A stretch of DNA of 64,000 nucleotides, taken from Octopus vulgaris. Its lineage: Eukaryota. This document shows positions 62,248 through 64,000 of the stretch, piece after piece. The stretch covers positions 94,798,001 to 94,862,000 of the forward strand of contig OX597820.1 of the NCBI GenBank assembly GCA_951406725.2. The letters are read 5' to 3'. The position numbers and the translations under genes are program-made. Each line of letters begins with the position of its first letter. The stretch's first letter is position 1. The notes below the pieces were generated by a model. The model ran no database searches and was not told the DNA's origin. It saw only the letters and a program-made list of their open reading frames with translations.

Positions 62248-62499
62248 CAAACATATAAGAGATGGCCATAATAGGACATCTGACTCACTAGAAAGAGCAG
62301 TTAAACTCCAAACCACTAATAGTTGTAATTCTGAAATGGAAAGAGAATGTTTGAATGTATATTACATAGTCTATTAACTATTTTATCTCTATCACTAGAC
62401 CGCTGGTAGCGGAGAATTTTTCTAGAACTTTTTTTTGTTACCCTAAAATTTATTAATATATATAGGGTCTTCCCTTCTCTGGATCTTTCCTTCTCCTAT

Positions 62500-62534
62500 G
62501 TTTCCGACGAAGAGCTCCGCTCGAAACGTTAAAC
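62500..62534 (+). ncRNA. Minimal hammerhead-like motif (core variant CCGACGA) within a PLE-type repeat (62460-62630)
   Basis: gttt-CCGACGA-a-gagc-tcc-gctc-GAAAC-GTT-aaac; stem III is only the acgt palindrome. Confidence 0.6.
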
Positions 62535-62623
62535 CCTCCTTCTTTCCTGAGCGTCCAATAATACTATATTTGTTCCACGTCCTCGCGTTGTTGTGTTTTT
62601 CTTCTGCTTTCTTGTTTGGATTA

Positions 62624-62662
<39 letters not shown>

Positions 62663-62814
62663 AACCTTTACATAAATAAATAACGTGAAATACACGAAGG
62701 GACGAACATAAAAGACAAACGGGTCATTCAAAGCCTTCGTTCTTCAGTCAGAAACCGATTCCTCATCGCAGATTTCGGCTGTTTAATTCTGAGATCCGCT
62801 CTGAATCGGCCAGC

Positions 62815-62912
<98 letters not shown>

Positions 62913-63458
62913 TCCATAGAGAGAGGGGAGGGGAAGGAAAGATAGTAGCAGGGATATATATACTTTCATATATAGCTAGAAAGATAGATGTGTGTATATG
63001 TGTGTGTGCGTGTGCGTGTGCGTGTGGTGTGTCTGTGTGTGCCTGTGTGTGTGTCTGTGTTTGTATGTGTGTATGTGTAAACACATACATATACATGAAT
63101 ATTCATGTGCACGTTTTCATGCCTCTGTGTTTATATGCGTAAAAATAATGTGCGTGTCTATATGCATGTATGTACATATATACACATTTTTATATTATAA
63201 TAGCCGGATAGCAAATATATTCAAAGATATGCAAATGCATACATTCACTTTCAATTCTAATGTATATGCTAACTCATATATACACTCATACATACATACA
63301 TACAAAAATACCCTGTTGGTGATGTTGAAATTCCAATGATGGAGCCTTGAATCTAGGTTAGAAACCGGTTCTTTCTCTATTGGCAAAAAATCTTGAAATA
63401 AACAGAATAATGACATACACACGTACATACACAGACATATATACACACGCACACAAAC

Positions 63459-63498
<40 letters not shown>

Positions 63499-64000
63499 GT
63501 GTATACATATGTATATATGTATATATATACGTATGTATTTAGATATATAAATGCATATTTATACATACATATGCATACACACACGCACACATACACACAC
63601 ACACACACACATTATATATTTATATCTATTGTCCCAAAAATGTGTGTGCACATTTTGAATGATTATAAAGTTAGTGTTTATTAAAATGGATTTCACTTGC
63701 AAAACAGGTGTTTTTTTTATAAACACCTGTTTTCAAACTGATAGCTGCTCTGACCCAGGCACTGCTTGTTGCGCAACACAATGAAATAGCAACCATTAAG
63801 AAACATTTTTTTCGGCTATTGTGCATATTCTCATTCAATGGTTACTCTCAGTGATTTATCGTCTGTCACCAGTTTTGTATTGTTAACCTCATCTTTAAAG
63901 TATCCACTACCTCCAAAGAAAGCTTAGTGGTGTGAGGTTTGGTGAATGCGGAGGGTATTTTAATGAAACTCTCCATCCGATCCACCCGTTTGACATAAAC

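Overview
Eukaryotic, AT-rich, repeat-dense DNA. The SINE families and the dense (TA)n/(CA)n/(AAT)n microsatellites suggest a coleoid cephalopod, probably Octopus (inferred from memory of these repeats, not from a search). One complete gene can be assembled by hand. It is an 8-coding-exon HHIP-like (GSDH beta-propeller) gene on the minus strand, 29878->14580, 1503 nt / 500 aa, with all introns GT-AG and phase-consistent. It apparently lacks the N-terminal cysteine-rich domain, has substitutions at the soluble-GDH catalytic positions, and ends in a hydrophobic GPI-signal-like tail. A probable last coding exon of a convergent plus-strand gene lies at 855-1011. The rest is transposon-derived: several tRNA-derived SINE families, L1/Tx1, CRE, R4/Dong and RTE relics, Penelope-like element (PLE) relics, Helitrons, a solo LTR and several Tc1/mariner elements. 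The most striking non-coding signal is a set of minimal type-I hammerhead-ribozyme-like motifs. One sits at the apex of a 385-bp near-perfect foldback (33351-33735). Most ORFs in the supplied track are microsatellite or SINE artefacts.
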